Positions 61,101 through 64,000 of a stretch of DNA of 64,000 nucleotides are shown here, in pieces. The position numbers were made by a program, and so were the translations under genes. Every line of letters starts with the position of its first letter. Positions within the stretch are counted from its first letter, which is position 1. The DNA is taken from contig NW_015171503.1 of the NCBI RefSeq assembly GCF_001447785.1, forward strand, positions 3,234,314 through 3,298,313. Reading direction: 5' to 3'. Origin of the DNA: Gekko japonicus (Eukaryota). The notes under the pieces are model-generated. The model made no database searches. It was not told the origin of the DNA and saw nothing but the letters and a program-made list of their open reading frames with translations.

Positions 61101-63760
61101 ACCCGAACCTCCCAGATCCTAACTCTGTAGCCGCTACACCGTGCTCCCCACTCCTATAATGACTAAGTTTGACTAGCTGCCTATTTTGACTGTTTCCAGA
61201 CTGGATTTTACCAAAGCATCATGTATGAAAACCCATCAGGATGCTAAATGTTTTCAGAAAACCACAGGTGTTTCCCCATATAGCAGTAAGGCTGCAGTCT
61301 TGTCACACTTAATAAGAAAAAAATCCTACTGCAAAGTGTGGCGCTTACTACTGAGTAATCATGGTTAGCATGCTTGTAAATAAGTACACAAACCCTACTA
61401 GCCCAAAACAATTTTATTGAACTTTAATTTTCTGAATCAACATTTATATCGAGACATAACTAGGCTGAGTTCCTCTATGCACTAAATTGGAAGTAATCTC
61501 CATTTACAGTAAATTGCTGGGACCTCATTCCAGTTCATGTCCTTAGCCCTGGAGTGTTAATCTCACCGAAGATGATAGGACTAAGCTGTTGAGCAACAAG
61601 GATTACAGCCATAACATCATTTCTAGCTAAATAGGGCAATTTTCTAAAGTGCCTCAAAGCCAGTAAAGCTCTTATTTACAATGTGTGACCCTAATTCTCC
61701 AGACTGTGTGTTCTTTATCTTGTTTAAAAGCCTGGTTCACTGTCTCGTGTCTTAAATTCTGCACGCTTGATTCTTGTCCTGTGTGAATGTTCAAGAAGGA
61801 AGGGTTTGTGGAGAACGGATTGGAGGGGCAGCGATGTGTTAATAAAAGGTTGGGACTTTATTAAGTTTATGAGAACCTACATAGGAGAGGGGGGGCTGAG
61901 AACATCCAGAGTTACAGGTGTTTCAGCATTCCATTCTTGTGGTAGAATTCAGAGATGATATGGTACTCCTATGCATTCAGAAGTGTATGAGACTCAAATC
62001 CTGTTAAGTGTACAGCAAAGGCAATTTACAGTGCCATGCTAAGAAGAGTTAACACCCTTCTAAGTCCATCAAAGTCAATGGGCTTAGAAAGGTATAACTG
62101 CTTAAAATTGCACTGTTGGATCACTTACACGTGGTTGGTTTGCCCTAACTTGGGAAGTGGGGGTTCCCGTTGCCCATTTTCCAACAGCAACATGGTGCTT
62201 CTGTGCACCTTCTGCATTTTCCTGGTCTTTTTCGCAATATAATGTTATAGCGTAACAATATTATAACAGTCCATCAGGTTCTTTGAATTCTTAGCTTTCA
62301 TTTTTAAAAAGGTAAGCTTCTTATATGCCTTTCTCCTTATATCTCTGCAAAGGAAGGGTCTAGAGTTTTACTTTAAAAATAAATGAAAACTGGGAATTCA
62401 GAGAACCGGCTTGTTGTTATGCTATAACAATATTCAGTGGCCAACTTAAAAAACTGAAAAGCCCCCGTTAGCATAGGGGGAGAATGGCAGCTGCCAGGGG
62501 ACTGGTACCAGGGAAATACCAGGGAAAATCTGCCATATTGAAGCTTCATTGCTCCTGTGCTTTCTGCAAGCCTGTTCCCATATGAAAAACACATTTGTCA
62601 GCAAAGAGCTTCAGGATTCGGTCTGCATACAAGTGACAATATGTGTAGCTCTCAATGCCAGTATGAATGCAGAAACTTTTGCAGCAACAGTGGAGCACCC
62701 ACATGACAGTTTTCCATGTACTTTCTTTGCCTCAACCACACTTGGTTGCCATTCCCCTGTACATGTGTCATCAGAGGTTTTTTGTGGGGCTTGTTTTCAG
62801 AACTGGTAATAGCAATTATCTTTTTCTTTAAAAAAAAAAAAAACAAAGAAGAAAGCCTACCAAAAGACCTCCTGCAGGACAGGGGTAGGAAATGGCAGCC
62901 ATGGGATGGTGAGGCAAGGAAAATGGCACTGATTGGGACAGGAAGTCCAAAAATGAGCACCTTTCCTCCACATGGTATGCAAATGCACTTTGACTTCAAT
63001 CTTTCCAAAAAGATTGTATCAGATATGATTTGGGAAAGATTACAGAGGTAAAGCTGGCAGGTGCGTGAATGGACAATGAAGTTGTGTGAAGGCTGCTAAA
63101 AAGACCACACCAATTTTGGAGTCAAGATGGAACAAAGCACCCATGTAGCAGTAACTTGTGTCTCCTAGGTTCTGAAGTTAGCAAGCGAGTCTTATCTGGG
63201 AAGCCTTCATAGACTCTGACTTATTGGTGTAATGTAGCTTCCAGCATGGTATAGCTAGTTTCCTACAATTTCCTCTTTTGGCTAGAGCTCAGTGATGGTT
63301 TGCAAGATGAATTCTGCCCAGCATCCCTCAGCTTGTCAATGCAGCTGGCTTGAGCCCTGTAGCATAGCAAGAGATATGTCAGATGCTATGATCCACATTG
63401 CAGATTTCAGAATTCTTTGTTGGAGACATGAGACTATTCCTAGCTTCTAGATCAATAAGTGGTTGACCATATCTGTTTGATTAGGAACTGGAGATGGGAA
63501 CATGATTCTTTCCCCAGTGAAGTCCAAGAAGCTTTGGCATATCAATAAGATGCCTGTTGTACTGGGGAAAGATCTGCTAGCTTTCATGTTTTACTTTCTT
63601 CTTTGATCCCTAGGTGGCAACGGAAAAAGATAAACTTGTAGAAGTGTATCAGTATCCAGGGTACAATAAGCAGGAACTTACTCCTCTGCCAAATGGAATA
63701 GAGCTAGATGAAATTGTGGAGAGAGTAATCCGCGCCCAGGGAAGAACACCCATTGGGAAG
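52085..63760 (+). CDS. FAM227A: FAM227A, 5' coding exons; gene continues beyond window; N-terminal exon tentative
   Basis: Phase-consistent chain 52085-52181 (tentative), 52987-53072, 59235-59313, 60721-60794, 63614-63760; GTMQQVNQKIA and LVEVYQYPGY...PLPNG resemble FAM227 motifs; syntenic position next to CBY1. Confidence 0.85.
52987..53072 (+). CDS. FAM227A: FAM227A exon
   Basis: YVVGTMQQVNQKIANFKGGLQKFDSSDL|GTGAG; acceptor could alternatively be at 52977. Confidence 0.8.
54638..55268. other. Assembly gap (~631 N)
   Basis: Run of n. Confidence 0.99.
56230..57371. repeat. ~335-bp near-identical direct repeat (56230-56564 / 57030-57371) flanking an LTR-like segment
   Basis: TTCTCCCCCTTAATTCGTATG...GCACCATACCGGAAGT present twice. 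Confidence 0.92.
59235..59313 (+). CDS. FAM227A: FAM227A exon
   Basis: VIEDTSQKRSSGQKRARQMSRQIRGK, AG...G|GTATG, phase 0 to 1. Confidence 0.65.
60721..60794 (+). CDS. FAM227A: FAM227A exon
   Basis: Strong polypyrimidine acceptor; KEWKAIQSAHVSADIRQSKAPPKK|GTACG, phase 1 to 0. Confidence 0.75.
63614..63760 (+). CDS. FAM227A: FAM227A exon (start of conserved FAM227 region)
   Basis: VATEKDKLVEVYQYPGYNKQELTPLPNGIELDEIVERVIRAQGRTPIGK; TAG|...|GTACT. Confidence 0.88.
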
Positions 63761-64000
63761 GTACTCTGCATAGTTAAAAAATGCAAGAGTATGTGGCTTT
63801 AGTAGTAGTAGTAGGTAGATCAGGAGTCTCCAACGCGGTGCCTGTGGGCACCACAGTCCCCACTGAATCTTTTCCTGGTGCCTATCAAGTGCTCTTAGAA
63901 ACTGGGTGGGGCCAAGTGAAACTTTTGCCCAGCAAGGCTTCTGATTGGCTGTGCAGATTTTTGAAAACATTACTTTGGCAGCAGCTGCCGCCACAGCACA

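Overview
Vertebrate (squamate reptile, probably gecko-like, judged from Sauria SINE, Bov-B/RTE, CR1, L2 and MITE content) genomic window holding the block syntenic to human 22q13.1: GTPBP1 (- strand, coding exons 1-10; the last exons lie left of the window), JOSD1 (+, complete, 202 aa), TOMM22 (-, complete, 140 aa), CBY1 (-, complete, 126 aa) and the 5' part of FAM227A (+). Exons were delimited by hand from GT/AG sites and frame continuity. Most other ORFs in the track are intronic or repeat noise. I see no new protein-coding system. The most unusual structures are mobile-element architectures: a ~3.7 kb composite L1-type insertion bounded by a 13-bp target-site duplication, a 5'-inverted (twin-priming-like) Bov-B/RTE insertion, and a chimeric SINE with a Sauria-SINE head and an L2-like tail. 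Regulatory oddities include a uORF-dense JOSD1 leader, tail-to-tail JOSD1/TOMM22 poly(A) signals ~150 bp apart, and RFX-like boxes in the CBY1/FAM227A divergent promoter. Two assembly gaps (N runs) are present. Repeat family names are from memory of consensus sequences, not database searches.
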